Assembly: GCA_033762915.1 (NCBI GenBank)
Contig: JANRLD010000084.1
Span: forward strand, 23,449-87,448
Direction of reading: 5' to 3'
Length of the DNA: 64,000 nucleotides
DNA from: Meiothermus sp.
Lineage (GTDB): Bacteria; Deinococcota; Deinococci; Deinococcales; Thermaceae
The notes under the pieces were generated by a model, which was given only the letters and a program-made list of their open reading frames with translations, searched no databases and had not been told where the DNA came from. Position 1 is the stretch's first letter, and every line of letters starts with the position of its first letter. Of the stretch, positions 8,362 through 18,657 are shown in pieces. A program made the translations under genes and the position numbers.

Positions 8362-10851
8362 ATGGGCGAGCCCGCTGTGGTGGTCGGCCTGACCTCGAGC
8401 CAGGCCCGTGAGCGCCTCGCCGTCTTCGGCCCCAACACCCTCCCCGAGAAAGCGCCTGAGCCGCTTTGGCACAGGTTTATCCGCCAATTCCAAAGCCCCC
8501 TGATCTACATCTTGCTCTTTGCTTTGGCCTTTGACGCGGGACTGTGGATCTACGAAGGGGCCAGGGGCTGGCCAACCGAGAGCCTTACCATTGGGCTGAT
8601 TCTGCTGCTCAACGCGGGGCTGGGGGTTTACCAGGAGTTCCGCTCCGAGGGTGCCCTCGCCCGGCTCAAGGCCATGGCCGCGCCGCAGGTCTGGGTGCTT
8701 CGCGACGGGGAGCTGGTACGCCTGCCCAGCCAGGAGCTGGTGCCGGGGGATGTCCTGCGCCTCGAGGCCGGCGACCGTGTGCCCGCCGACGGCGCGTTGC
8801 TTCAAGCCCAGGGCGTGCTGCTTGACGAGTCGGTGCTCACTGGGGAATCTGTTCCACTGGACAAGACCCCAGGGCAGGAGGCGCTGAGCGGAACCCTTCT
8901 GGTGCGGGGCAAGGCCCAACTCGAGGTCAGCCGAACCGGTTCCAGGAGCAACCTGGGCAAGCTGGCTCAGATGCTGGAACAGGTCGAGGCGGGCAAGACC
9001 CCGCTCGAGCTCCGTCTCGACCGCCTGGGACGCCAAATTGCGAGGGCAGTTCTGGTTCTGGCTGCCGTAATCGCGGTGGCGGGGGTGCTGGCGGAGGGGG
9101 TGGATCATCTTGGTGCGATGGTCCTCTTCGCGGTTGCGCTGGCGGTGGCAGCGGTGCCAGAGGGGCTGCCCGCCGTCCTGACCCTGACCCTGGCCCTCGG
9201 GGTCGAGCGAATGAGCAAGCGCAAGGCGGTGGTGCGAAAGTTGGCCGCCGTGGAGGCGCTGGGCTCGGTCACGGTCATCGCCACCGACAAGACCGGCACC
9301 CTAACTGAGAACCGCATGAGCGTCCATTTGCTCGACGCCCCCGACCCCACTCGAGCCTTACGGGCGGCGGTGCTGGCCAACGACGCCGAGGGGGGAGGCC
9401 AGGGGGCGGGAGACCCCCTCGAGGTCGGCCTGCTGGCCTACGCCGAAGCCCAAGGGGTGGACGCCCGGGCGTTGCGCCAGCAGCACCCCCGCCTGGGCCA
9501 CCGGGCCTTCGACAGCGAGTGGAAGTTTATGCGGGCGACGGTGGAAGAGGAGGGGCGTGGGGTCGGCTACTTTAAAGGTGCCTACGAGGTGCTGCTGGTC
9601 CGGTGCCGTCTGAGCCCCGAAGAGCAGGCCTCCTGGGCCGAGAAAGCCCTGGCCTACGCCTCGGAGGGTTTCCGGGTGCTGGGACTGGCCGAGGGCCACG
9701 GCGAAGACGAAGAGGGCCTGAGTTTCCTGGGCCTGGTGCTGTTCTGGGATCCTCCCCGTGAGGAGGTTCCGCAGGCCATCGAGATGGCGCGAGCGGCGGG
9801 CATCCGGGTCTTGATGGTCACCGGCGACCACCCGGCCACCGCCCTCGCCATCGCCCACAAGATCGGGATTTCTGGTGAGCGGGTGTTGACTGGGGAGGAC
9901 CTGGAGCACTACGACCCAGAGACTTTGCGTCAGGTGGTGGGAGAAGTGAATGTGTTCGCCCGGGTGAGGCCGGAGCACAAGCTCAGGCTGGTGCAGACCC
10001 TGCAAGCGCTGGGGGAGGTGGTGGCGATGACCGGCGACGGGGTTAATGACGCCCCCGCACTCAAGCGCTCCAACGTGGGGGTAGCGATGGGCCAGCGTGG
10101 CTCCGAGGTCAGCCGCGAAGTGGCCGACCTGGTTTTGCTCGACGACAACTTTGCCACCATCGTTGCAGCAGTCGAGGAGGGCCGCAGCATTTACGAGAAC
10201 GTGCAAAAGTTCCTCCGCTTCCTGTTTTCGACAAACCTTTCCGAGGTTCTGGTGGTGGGGGTTGGGGCCATGTTGGCCTTTGCGCTAGGGCTGCGCGAGG
10301 CCGACGGATCGCTGCTGTTGCCCCTCTTGGCGGTCCAAATCCTTTGGATCAACCTCGTCACCGACGGCTTGCCCGCCCTTACACTAGCCCTCGACCGCAA
10401 CCCCGGGGTGATGCGCTCGCCGCCCAAGCCGGCCCAGGCTCCCCTGCTCGACTCTCCCTCGCTGCGCTTTGTGCTGCTGTCGGGCTCGGTCAAGGCGGCC
10501 ATCGCACTGGGCATCCTGGGCGTGGTACCGCTGCTGGGCTACGGCCTCGAGGAAGCCCGCAGCGCATGCTTCCATTTTTCGGCCATCGGACAGCTCTTCT
10601 TCACCTACCCGTCCCGCCACACACGGCTTTTCCCCAGCCCCAACCCCGTGCTGCACGGCGTGGTGGCGGCGGGGGTAGGGTTGCAGTTCGCGGTGGGCTC
10701 GCTGCCAGGGGTGGCCGGGGCGCTGGGCGCAGTGCCCTTGCCTATGGCGCTGTGGGGGGGCATTCTCGCGGCTGCCCTGGTAGCTTGGGGTCTTACCGAA
10801 GGCCTCAACCGACTTTTCTGGCGTCCCGCAGTTCGCGACTCAGTCCGGTAA
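8362..10851 (+). CDS. Cation-transporting P-type ATPase (type II, Ca2+-like)
   Basis: [37 protein letters not shown]. Confidence 0.95.
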   Translation: MGEPAVVVGLTSSQARERLAVFGPNTLPEKAPEPLWHRFIRQFQSPLIYILLFALAFDAGLWIYEGARGWPTESLTIGLILLLNAGLGVYQEFRSEGALARLKAMAAPQVWVLRDGELVRLPSQELVPGDVLRLEAGDRVPADGALLQAQGVLLDESVLTGESVPLDKTPGQEALSGTLLVRGKAQLEVSRTGSRSNLGKLAQMLEQVEAGKTPLELRLDRLGRQIARAVLVLAAVIAVAGVLAEGVDHLGAMVLFAVALAVAAVPEGLPAVLTLTLALGVERMSKRKAVVRKLAAVEALGSVTVIATDKTGTLTENRMSVHLLDAPDPTRALRAAVLANDAEGGGQGAGDPLEVGLLAYAEAQGVDARALRQQHPRLGHRAFDSEWKFMRATVEEEGRGVGYFKGAYEVLLVRCRLSPEEQASWAEKALAYASEGFRVLGLAEGHGEDEEGLSFLGLVLFWDPPREEVPQAIEMARAAGIRVLMVTGDHPATALAIAHKIGISGERVLTGEDLEHYDPETLRQVVGEVNVFARVRPEHKLRLVQTLQALGEVVAMTGDGVNDAPALKRSNVGVAMGQRGSEVSREVADLVLLDDNFATIVAAVEEGRSIYENVQKFLRFLFSTNLSEVLVVGVGAMLAFALGLREADGSLLLPLLAVQILWINLVTDGLPALTLALDRNPGVMRSPPKPAQAPLLDSPSLRFVLLSGSVKAAIALGILGVVPLLGYGLEEARSACFHFSAIGQLFFTYPSRHTRLFPSPNPVLHGVVAAGVGLQFAVGSLPGVAGALGAVPLPMALWGGILAAALVAWGLTEGLNRLFWRPAVRDSVR

Positions 10852-10934
10852 TCGCTTGGTAATGCCGGGGCACTAGGGTGTGGCTTGTGGGCCTCGGGAT
10901 TTCCTCGAGGCCACGGCGGTTCGAGGAGGTGTTT

Positions 10935-11237
10935 ATGTCGGTGATGGAGACCAACATGACGCGGGAGCTACAGGACATCCGCAACGACCTGACCCTGCTG
11001 CGCAAGGACCTGAGTGAGTTGGCCCAGGCCATGCAGGTCAACCTCAAGGAGGAGACCAGCCACCTGCGTGAGAACACCCGCCAGGTCTTTGAGAAGGCCC
11101 GCGAGCGGGGCGGCAAGGCGATCCACGAAGTAGAGCACCGCATCGAAGAGCGCCCCTTCTTCAGCGTGCTCGCGGCCTTCGGGGTGGGGATCATGGCCGG
11201 CTTGTTGGCCGAGCGGCGCATGCTGCCGGGCCGTTAG
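10935..11237 (+). CDS. DUF883/ElaB/YqjD family tail-anchored protein
   Basis: Coiled-coil, then ERPFFSVLAAFGVGIMAGLL and a basic tail; RBS GGAGG. Confidence 0.8.
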   Translation: MSVMETNMTRELQDIRNDLTLLRKDLSELAQAMQVNLKEETSHLRENTRQVFEKARERGGKAIHEVEHRIEERPFFSVLAAFGVGIMAGLLAERRMLPGR

Positions 11238-11251
11238 AACCGGGGCCTACG

Positions 11252-11527
11252 GTGTCTGCGCTGGTGGAGGTTGTGCTCGGTCTGGTGGACGTGCTCGAGG
11301 CCGAGGGGCGGGCGCTGAGGGCGGGCCTGGCCCGTCTGGCGGGTGCGCTGCTGCTGTTGGCGGTGGCGGGGGCGGTGCTGCTATGTGCGGCGATGGTCCT
11401 GCTATGGGCGGCCTACCTCTGGCTCAGCGGGGTCGTGGCCCCCGCCCCGGCGGCCCTGCTGGTAGGGCTGCTGGCCCTGCTGCTGGCCGGCGGCTTGTGG
11501 TGGCGGGCGCGGGAGATGGTGCGATAG
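11252..11527 (+). CDS. YqjE/holin-X-like two-TM membrane protein
   Basis: Two hydrophobic helices; follows the DUF883 gene. Confidence 0.6.
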   Translation: MSALVEVVLGLVDVLEAEGRALRAGLARLAGALLLLAVAGAVLLCAAMVLLWAAYLWLSGVVAPAPAALLVGLLALLLAGGLWWRAREMVR

Positions 11528-11536
11528 GGGTGAGCG

Positions 11537-11743
11537 ATGGAGACGCGAACGCCCCACCCGCCACCCACAGGCCGACAGGAGGCCCGGGCCCGACTGCGCC
11601 GGGCGGCCAAACGCCTCGAGCGCGAAGGCGCAGATTTGCTGGAGCGGCACCCCTACGAGGCCCTGGCCGCCGCACTGATGGCAGGCTGGCTGTTGTCCCG
11701 TTATCCCGGGCTAGGGCGCTTTCTGCTGAAACTGTTGGTCTAG
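11537..11743 (+). CDS. Small YqjK-like protein
   Basis: Third gene of a DUF883 operon; RHPYEALAAALMAG. Confidence 0.55.
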   Translation: METRTPHPPPTGRQEARARLRRAAKRLEREGADLLERHPYEALAAALMAGWLLSRYPGLGRFLLKLLV

Positions 11744-11887
11744 AGCGGTTTCCACAAACACTCGGTACGGTAAAAACCGCCGTACCGAGTGCAATGCTTC
11801 TCACGACGGGCCGAGTATGGGAGGGAAACGCGATAGGATGATCGGCCTGCCCTCAAGACGCGCTTCGCCCAGCGCGTCTTTTCCTGT

Positions 11888-12097
11888 TCAGCGGCCCTGT
11901 GGTCCGCCAGGCCCGCGCCAGGCCCACCAGAGCATGCCGGTGCCCGTACCGAGCGACAGCCCAAAAGCCAAACCGAGCGGAAGGCTACCAGCCACCAGTC
12001 CCACCCCCGCCCCAAACGCCACCCCTAGCCCTACTCCGATCCCGGTCGCCTGAGTTAGGCTGCGGCCTTCCGTGACGTCTTCTTTGGGTGGCCTCAT
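11888..12097 (-). CDS. Small Gly-rich membrane protein
   Basis: GxGxG glycine-zipper helices; TAGCCT 6 nt before ATG (leaderless). Confidence 0.55.
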   Translation of the reverse strand: MRPPKEDVTEGRSLTQATGIGVGLGVAFGAGVGLVAGSLPLGLAFGLSLGTGTGMLWWAWRGPGGPQGR

Positions 12098-12252
12098 GCC
12101 CGGAGGCTAGGCGGTCTGCTTGAGTTTTGGCTGACCGGACGGGGGCAGACTCGAGTCCGGTGCAGCTTCTTCATGCCAAGTCAAAATCCCGCTCATCGTC
12201 GCGGCCTACCCTCAAGGCAGCCCCCACGCACCGGGGACGCCGAGGAGAACCC

Positions 12253-12759
12253 ATGAAGACTTGGATGTTGCTGACGGGACTGGCCTTCGCCGCCGCGCTT
12301 GGGCTGACTATCGCCCAGAACCCCCCCGCCCAGCCTCAGCCGCAGGCCCGCCTGACCATCGCCCAGGTGCTGGCCGCCGACCCCGAGTTCAGCACCCTAT
12401 TGCGGGCGCTGCGGGCCGCCGGACTCGAGGAGACCCTGTCCGAGCCCGGCTCGCTTACACTTCTGGCCCCTAACAATGCGGCCTTTGAGAAAGTGCCGCC
12501 CACGCTGATGGAGCAGCTAATGGCGAACCGACCGGTGCTGACCGAGGTGCTGCGCAACCACATGGCCCGGAGCCGCCTGAGCGCCCAAGAGGTCGCAGCC
12601 GAGCCCACCCTGCCGACGCTGGCGGGCTCGCAGCTCCCGGTCGCGGCCAGCGGCACTTCACTCAAGGTCGGCCCAGCCACCGTCACCCGCCCCGACATAC
12701 CCGCCGCCAACGGGGTAATCCACGTCATCGATACGGTGATCCTGCCACGGTCGAACTAA
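12253..12759 (+). CDS. Secreted fasciclin (FAS1) domain protein
   Basis: Signal peptide; FSTL, TLLAPNNAAF, NGVIHVIDTVILP. Confidence 0.92.
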   Translation: MKTWMLLTGLAFAAALGLTIAQNPPAQPQPQARLTIAQVLAADPEFSTLLRALRAAGLEETLSEPGSLTLLAPNNAAFEKVPPTLMEQLMANRPVLTEVLRNHMARSRLSAQEVAAEPTLPTLAGSQLPVAASGTSLKVGPATVTRPDIPAANGVIHVIDTVILPRSN

Positions 12760-13155
12760 GCCTCGCTGGATGGTGGGGAGTCCTCAAGTCGTCCTCCTCA
12801 CGGGCAAAAGCGGCACGCGGTACCACCACTATCGCCTTAGACTCCCTCGCTCATATTCGGGGACAATTTTAAGAGTCAAAATGCGCACAAAGACCGAAAG
12901 ACCCTTTGCCTGAGCTGCGCTTTTAAGCTCGAGGGCGGTTTGCAAAGTGCTGGCATGAGGAACCCGGCCTTGTTGCAGAGTCGATTGAGGCTGCCCTCCG
13001 CCTTCGATAAGCACAGGTTGGGCCACGGCTCTTCCAGTTCCGCACCGCTGTACATGTTGCGGCCGGCACCTCATTGAGCGCCACGGCGGTTCACCTGAGT
13101 TGCCGTTTATTCCCTGTTCAGGGCTCGAGGACTGCACTAGACTGGCCTTAAGGCT

Positions 13156-13968
13156 ATGAACCTCGATTCGCTGGCCCAAAACAGCGTTGCCGTCATCGGA
13201 GTCCCGCTGGATGCGAACTCCTCGTTCCTGCGCGGCTCGGCGCTGGCCCCGGCCAAGATTCGACAGGTGCTGCACTCCGGCTCCTCAAACTGGTTCCTCG
13301 AGGACGGGCGGGACCTGCAAGAGGCCGACTGGAAGGATCTGGGCGACCTCGAGTTGCCCGAAACCGACCCCCAAGGCGTGGCCGAGTTTATCACCGCGCA
13401 GGTTAATGGCCTGCTGTGGCGGGGCGTGCGGCTACTTACCCTGGGTGGCGACCACTCCATTACGTTCCCGCTTGTCCGGGCGTTCGCGGCCCATCACTCG
13501 AGGCTGACCATCCTTCACATCGACGCCCATTCCGACCTCTACGAGGAGTTCGACGCCAATTTCTACTCCCACGCCTCGCCCTTCGCCCGCATCATGGAGG
13601 CGGGACTGGCCAAGCGTTTGGTTCAGGTGGGTCTACGCACCCCCTCCCGACACGAGCGCGAGCAGGCCAGGCGATTTGGAGTCGAGCAGATCCTGGCCAA
13701 GGACTGGCAGGGCGTGCTCCCCCGCCTCGAGGGCCCCCTCTACCTTTCCCTCGACCTCGACGCCCTCGACCCGGCATACGCTCCCGGCGTGTCACACCAC
13801 GAGCCCGGCGGCCTCGGTGTGCGGGAGGTGCTGCGCATCTTGGAGCAGGTTCGCGGTTCCCTGGTCGGGGCCGATCTGGTCGAGTTGAACCCCACCAGGG
13901 ATCACGCCGACATGACTGCCGCGGTCGCTGCGAAGTTCTATAAAGAGCTGCTGGGCAAGCTGCTTTAG
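13156..13968 (+). CDS. speB: Agmatinase/ureohydrolase family
   Basis: GGDHS, DAHSD, SHASPF, DLDALDP, DLVELNP. Confidence 0.85.
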   Translation: MNLDSLAQNSVAVIGVPLDANSSFLRGSALAPAKIRQVLHSGSSNWFLEDGRDLQEADWKDLGDLELPETDPQGVAEFITAQVNGLLWRGVRLLTLGGDHSITFPLVRAFAAHHSRLTILHIDAHSDLYEEFDANFYSHASPFARIMEAGLAKRLVQVGLRTPSRHEREQARRFGVEQILAKDWQGVLPRLEGPLYLSLDLDALDPAYAPGVSHHEPGGLGVREVLRILEQVRGSLVGADLVELNPTRDHADMTAAVAAKFYKELLGKLL

Positions 13969-14082
13969 GCTTCTTGGTCGCCTGCTCAGCACCAGCGGTC
14001 TGGGTGGGAGGGCGGGAAAAACGTAAAGGCCGGCGCTATGCGCCGGCCCAGGATTGAACCCGTTTTCGTAGCCCGAGTCGGG

Positions 14083-15021
14083 CTAATTGAGCTTATCGGC
14101 AAACAGCTGAATCTTGGCCCGATCAGCCAGGCTGCTAACAAACTTCTCGAGGGCTTGGCTCTTCAGCTCCTCCTCGAGGGAGCCCTTTACCGCGTCGAAT
14201 GGGCGGAAGCCAGCCGGCTCGATCTTGATCAGCAGGATTACGTGGAAGCCGAACTCGGTCTGCACCGGGCGACGGGTGTAATCGCCTTCTTTGAGCGCCA
14301 CCATGGTGGACTCGAAGGCCGGGACAAAAGTGCCCCGCGGCTCACAACCCAGCTCGCCGCCGTTGTTCTTGCTGCCGGGGTCCAGCGACTTCTCCTGGGC
14401 GATCTCCTCGAACTTGCCGCCCTTGCCCAGTTGCTCGATGATCTGGGTGGCCTCGGCGGCGGTGCGCACCAGGATGTGCGAGGCACAGTAGGTCTGGGGC
14501 ACGGCGTACTGCCGTTTGTTCAGGCGATACAGGAGTTGCAGGGCAGCGGGGCTGATCTGGATTTTGGAGATTACGCTCTCGATGTAGTTGTTGTAGGTGA
14601 CGGCCTCGGTCACCAGGGCACGGTAGGTGTCCAGGCTGGGGATGCCTGCATCCTTGAGGGCGGCGTTGAGGGCCTCCTCGGACTCGAACTGGCCCTTGGC
14701 CTCATCGACCGCCGCCTCCACTTCCTCGGGCTTGGCGGCAAATCCGCTGGCCTTGCCCGCATTGATGATGGCCTGGTCGCGGGCCAAGCGCTCCAGGAAC
14801 TGCGGCTTCTGATCCTTGAACAACTCCTCGGCCTCGGCGCTGTAAGGCTGGCCTTGCTGGCGCAGGGAGCTGCGGACAAACAGCCCCCACTGTAGGTCGA
14901 ACTGGCTGCGGGTGATGCTGGTATCCCCCACCGTCGCCACTACTGGGTCGGCAGCCGCCTGCCCAAGCCCCACCGCCATACCCAGCACCGAAACCAAGAC
15001 CGCCAACCGTTTGATTGCCAT
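14083..15021 (-). CDS. PpiC/parvulin peptidyl-prolyl isomerase (PrsA/SurA-like foldase)
   Basis: Signal peptide; ASHILV, SLDPGS..GGELG, FVPAFE, TEFGFHVI; start 15021-15030. Confidence 0.9.
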   Translation of the reverse strand: MAIKRLAVLVSVLGMAVGLGQAAADPVVATVGDTSITRSQFDLQWGLFVRSSLRQQGQPYSAEAEELFKDQKPQFLERLARDQAIINAGKASGFAAKPEEVEAAVDEAKGQFESEEALNAALKDAGIPSLDTYRALVTEAVTYNNYIESVISKIQISPAALQLLYRLNKRQYAVPQTYCASHILVRTAAEATQIIEQLGKGGKFEEIAQEKSLDPGSKNNGGELGCEPRGTFVPAFESTMVALKEGDYTRRPVQTEFGFHVILLIKIEPAGFRPFDAVKGSLEEELKSQALEKFVSSLADRAKIQLFADKLN

Positions 15022-15427
15022 CTCAACCATCCTTCCGAAGCGTCAACCGAAATATCGGGTTTAAACCCTTCTGGGTTGCGCTATGCTATCACGACTGTCG
15101 CCGCGCAATGAGGTTACGCTTCCGCTGCCCGACCCTCACCCGGGCTCTGGTCTGAAACGATCACCGGCTCCCTTTTTGGCCCTGCACCCTACCGGCTCTT
15201 CCTCCGAAAAGGATGTGCTCGTCTAGTGGATAGGGGGCAGGGCTGGGAAAATCGGAGCTTCGAGAAAGTAACAGAAGGTCGATTGGTACAAAGTACACCC
15301 GCTCGCGATTGCAAGACAAGCCCAAATCTCCGCCAGCGCCTACCCGTATGTTGATGCTCATAAAGGGTTCGCTAGGGCTGCGGCATGGCCGGGCTTGTGC
15401 GAGGAAGCCAGCATCCAAAGCCGGCAC

Positions 15428-15461
15428 GGGTGGAGACTGACAGCGGTCTCCGCCCTTTTAT
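15428..15461 (+). terminator. Terminator-like hairpin immediately upstream of the nhaA RBS
   Basis: GGGTGGAGAC-N8-GTCTCCGCCC followed by TTTTAT. Confidence 0.5.
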
Positions 15462-15473
15462 AATGGAGGAACT

Positions 15474-16778
15474 ATGTTCGCACCAGTTGTCCGCTTATGG
15501 AACTCCGACGCCAGGGGGGGCATCATCTTGTTCTCCGTGGCGCTGGCCGCGTTCATTCTGGCCAACACCGAAGGCTACTTTTGGTACAAGGAGACTAAGG
15601 ATACCCTCATCTCGGTCGGGTGGGGCGAGGCAAGCCTCGAGAAGACCCTCGGCAGTTGGATCAAAGACCTGCTGATGTGCTTCTTTTTTCTCCTGGTCGG
15701 CCTCGAGATCAAGCGCGAGATCGTCTCGGGTCAGCTCTCCAACCCCCGCCGGGCCGTCCTAACCATCCTGGCTGCCATCGGCGGCATGGTCGTCCCGGCC
15801 CTGATCTTCACGGCATTAAATGCCGGAACCCCCGGCATTGCCGGCTGGGGGGTTCCGATGGCTACAGACATCGCCTTCTCCATCGGGGTGCTTTCGCTCC
15901 TGGGGAGCCGGGTGCCGCTGGGTCTCAAGGTGTTCCTGACCGCTTTCGCGATTGTCGACGACCTGGGGGCGGTCCTGGTGATCGCCTTCTTCTACACCCA
16001 GGGCCTCAATTTCCAGGCCCTGTTCATCGCGCTGGGTTTCTGGTTGCTGGCCCTGGCGGTGGGGTTCGGGCAGGTGCGCCACCTGTGGGTCTATATGAGC
16101 ATCGGAGCCTTCATGTGGTTCTTCATGATGCAGTCGGGAGTTAGCCCAACGGTGGCTGCGGTGATGCTGGCCTTTGCGGTGCCGATGACCCGGGCCAAGT
16201 CCCTGCCCGACCTGCACTCCGAACTTTCGGGTGTGGCGGCAAAGAACCCCGAGTTGCTCGAGCAGGAGATGGCCCACCTCGAGCACTCCCTACACAAGGC
16301 CCAAAGCCCACTGCATCGCCTCGAGCACATGCTCCAGCCCTGGAGCATCTACGTGATTCTGCCCCTCTTTGCCTTCTTCAACGCTGGAGTTAACCTGGCA
16401 GGTGCAGGGGGCTTCGGGAGTGTGGGCCTGGGGGCCTTCCTGGGCCTGTTGCTGGGCAAGCCCATCGGGATCTTCCTGATCTGCTTCGTGGCGGTGCGCC
16501 TGGGAATAGCGGCCCTGCCTCTGGGGGTCAACTGGTACATGATTCTGGGCGCGGGCTTCCTGGGCGGCATCGGCTTCACCATGTCGCTGTTCGTGGCCGC
16601 GCTGGCTTACCGCACCAACGAGGTGCTGCTTAACCAGGCCACCATCGGGGTGTTGAGCGCCTCGGTTGTGGCAGCCGTGGTGGGGCTGGTGGTGGTCTCG
16701 AGGGCCGCCCGCCGCCCTCCGCCCCAAACCGACCCCAACGACCAAGCCCTGCTCGGCCCGCTGCACGAGGGAAGGTGA
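15474..16778 (+). CDS. nhaA: Na+/H+ antiporter NhaA
   Basis: GLEIKRE, PMATDIAF, AIVDDLGA, GKPIGI, GIGFTMSLF. Confidence 0.95.
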   Translation: MFAPVVRLWNSDARGGIILFSVALAAFILANTEGYFWYKETKDTLISVGWGEASLEKTLGSWIKDLLMCFFFLLVGLEIKREIVSGQLSNPRRAVLTILAAIGGMVVPALIFTALNAGTPGIAGWGVPMATDIAFSIGVLSLLGSRVPLGLKVFLTAFAIVDDLGAVLVIAFFYTQGLNFQALFIALGFWLLALAVGFGQVRHLWVYMSIGAFMWFFMMQSGVSPTVAAVMLAFAVPMTRAKSLPDLHSELSGVAAKNPELLEQEMAHLEHSLHKAQSPLHRLEHMLQPWSIYVILPLFAFFNAGVNLAGAGGFGSVGLGAFLGLLLGKPIGIFLICFVAVRLGIAALPLGVNWYMILGAGFLGGIGFTMSLFVAALAYRTNEVLLNQATIGVLSASVVAAVVGLVVVSRAARRPPPQTDPNDQALLGPLHEGR

Positions 16779-16857
16779 GCCACGCTCCAAGTTTAGGATA
16801 ACGCAGTAACGGTTATAGCGGGTTCGACAACTCGAGTGACAAAGCTACCATACCTTT

Positions 16858-17418
16858 GTGACTAACCCTCGAGAGGCGGATGACCTAGTTGATTTTCGTG
16901 CTAGGGTTGCTCAAAATACCTTTCTTTCAGTATTGGACGCACTAATGACAGGAAGAGTTGGGTTTGGAGCAGAGCTTCAGGGGTACGTGGGTGAAGCGGC
17001 TGTGAGCGAAGTCCTTAAACGGCTCCCAGATGATTGGCGAATTGTCAGCGACCTCGAGATAGGCGGGGAAAACGTAGATCATCTGGCCATCGGGCCAGCG
17101 GGGGCGTTCAGCCTTGAGGTGAAGAATTACAGCGGCAAGGTGATTGCCACACCCAATGGCTTATAGAACAAAGGCGAACGCCATGACAAAATCGTGCGAC
17201 AGGCATGGCGGCAAAGCCACAAACTGCATAGACTGCTAGGTGTCCAGGTCGAGCCCATACTTGTGTTCTTGTGCGACGACCTTCAGGGTGGCCGGGTAGG
17301 AAGGCTTAAGGTCATGCGGCCATATGCAGTGGTTGACTATCTGCAAAGTCTGCCTAAACTTTGGGAACCAGAAAATTGTCTTGAGGTTGTTCAAAAAGCC
17401 AAGAAGCTGGTCAGGTGA
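16858..17418 (+). pseudogene. NERD (nuclease-related) domain gene interrupted by one in-frame TAG
   Basis: GxxGE, VDHLAIGPAG, EVKNYSG; TAG at 17164-17166 and the same frame continues with RQAWRQ...PILVF. Confidence 0.8.
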
Positions 17419-17796
17419 GGCCGCGCAGCTTGGCGACCCCGTGGTTCACAGAATGTTTAACTCGTAGGGTAAGTTAGCACAGCAAATCGGTTTGACCTAG
17501 CTCAAGAACCGCTAGGTGTCTCCACAGTTGAACTCCGACCTGCCACCTTCCAGATCCCGCAGGCAATTGCACCTCGGATAGCCGCTCCGCCCCTGGGTAG
17601 ACGCTCCGCGGCTATGGCGTACGCCAATCCGCCCAGGCAAGTGTTTATCGCTTCCACCGATGTTGCACTTCTACCCTGGCGCAACTCGGTTGGTAGCGTC
17701 AACGACACCGCTGGGATGCAACTGGGCGGGTAGGAAGCGCTGCCGGTACAGCACCCCAGCCCAGGGGTGACCTCCTCAACTTTGCGCCCGCCAGGG

Positions 17797-18528
17797 TTAG
17801 AGCAGCCGGTCTAGCTGGTGCGGCATCATCTTGCGCCACCAGGGCCAGTCGTGGTCCACGTCGTGGCCCCAGTAGTCGAAGGTGGCGTATACGCCCTTCT
17901 GGTGCAGCACCCGCTGCATCTCGCGAGTGTCGTGGATGCACTCTTCTTCCCATCTCCCCTGCCCCACCGCAAAGACGATCTTGTTGCGGCGATAGGCCTC
18001 GAGCTTGGCATGGTCGGTCAGGTTGGGCAGGTACCACAGCGGAGAGTTGTAGTAGGCGTCCATGCCTCCGTGGTCGCCCACGAATCCGCCTACCTGGTAG
18101 AGACCGGAAAGTGCGATCAGGCCGTCGAAGGTCTCGGGGTATTTGAAGAAGAAGTTGGCCGAGTGCAAGGCCCCCATGCTGCACCCGGAGAGCCACATGG
18201 TGCGCAGGCCGGTATTCTTACGCACGAAGGAGACCGCCTCGTGCATGATGTAGGCGTCGTAGTCGTTGTGGCGGCGGGCGCGGTCGGCGGGCGGGATGCC
18301 TTTGTTGGTCCAGCTCTGCGAATCAATCCCATCGACGCAAAACAGCTTGATGCGGCCCGCCTCGAGGTAGCCTGACAGGGCATCGACCATGCCAAAGCCC
18401 TCGTAGTCGTAGAACCGTCCGGCCTGTGCAGGGAAGATCATGATTGGCTGACCGTAGTGCCCATAAACCTTCAGCTCCATCTCGTGGCCGAGGGCAGGAC
18501 TATGCCATTTGTGGTATTCGGAGTGCAT
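17797..18528 (-). CDS. Alpha/beta-hydrolase esterase family protein
   Basis: GCSMG nucleophile; HDWPWW. Confidence 0.88.
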   Translation of the reverse strand: MHSEYHKWHSPALGHEMELKVYGHYGQPIMIFPAQAGRFYDYEGFGMVDALSGYLEAGRIKLFCVDGIDSQSWTNKGIPPADRARRHNDYDAYIMHEAVSFVRKNTGLRTMWLSGCSMGALHSANFFFKYPETFDGLIALSGLYQVGGFVGDHGGMDAYYNSPLWYLPNLTDHAKLEAYRRNKIVFAVGQGRWEEECIHDTREMQRVLHQKGVYATFDYWGHDVDHDWPWWRKMMPHQLDRLL

Positions 18529-18585
18529 GTTTTACCTCGTTGAATCTTTATGACTGACGGACGACGTGACGGAAGGCTACGGGCG

Positions 18586-18652
18586 GTTAGCCTTTGGCCT
18601 TTGGCCAAGAGCCAATCGCTGATCGCATTCCGCTGTTAGCGGTCTGCCTTCA
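18586..18652. repeat. Degenerate tandem heptamer repeats (STRR-like)
   Basis: gcctttg gcctttg gccaaga gccaatc gctgatc gcattcc gctgtta gcggtct gccttca. Confidence 0.55.
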
Positions 18653-18657
18653 ACACG

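Noticed and set aside
12780..13150. Gene between fasciclin and agmatinase
   Set aside because: AT-richer spacer with no convincing frame, RBS or motif.
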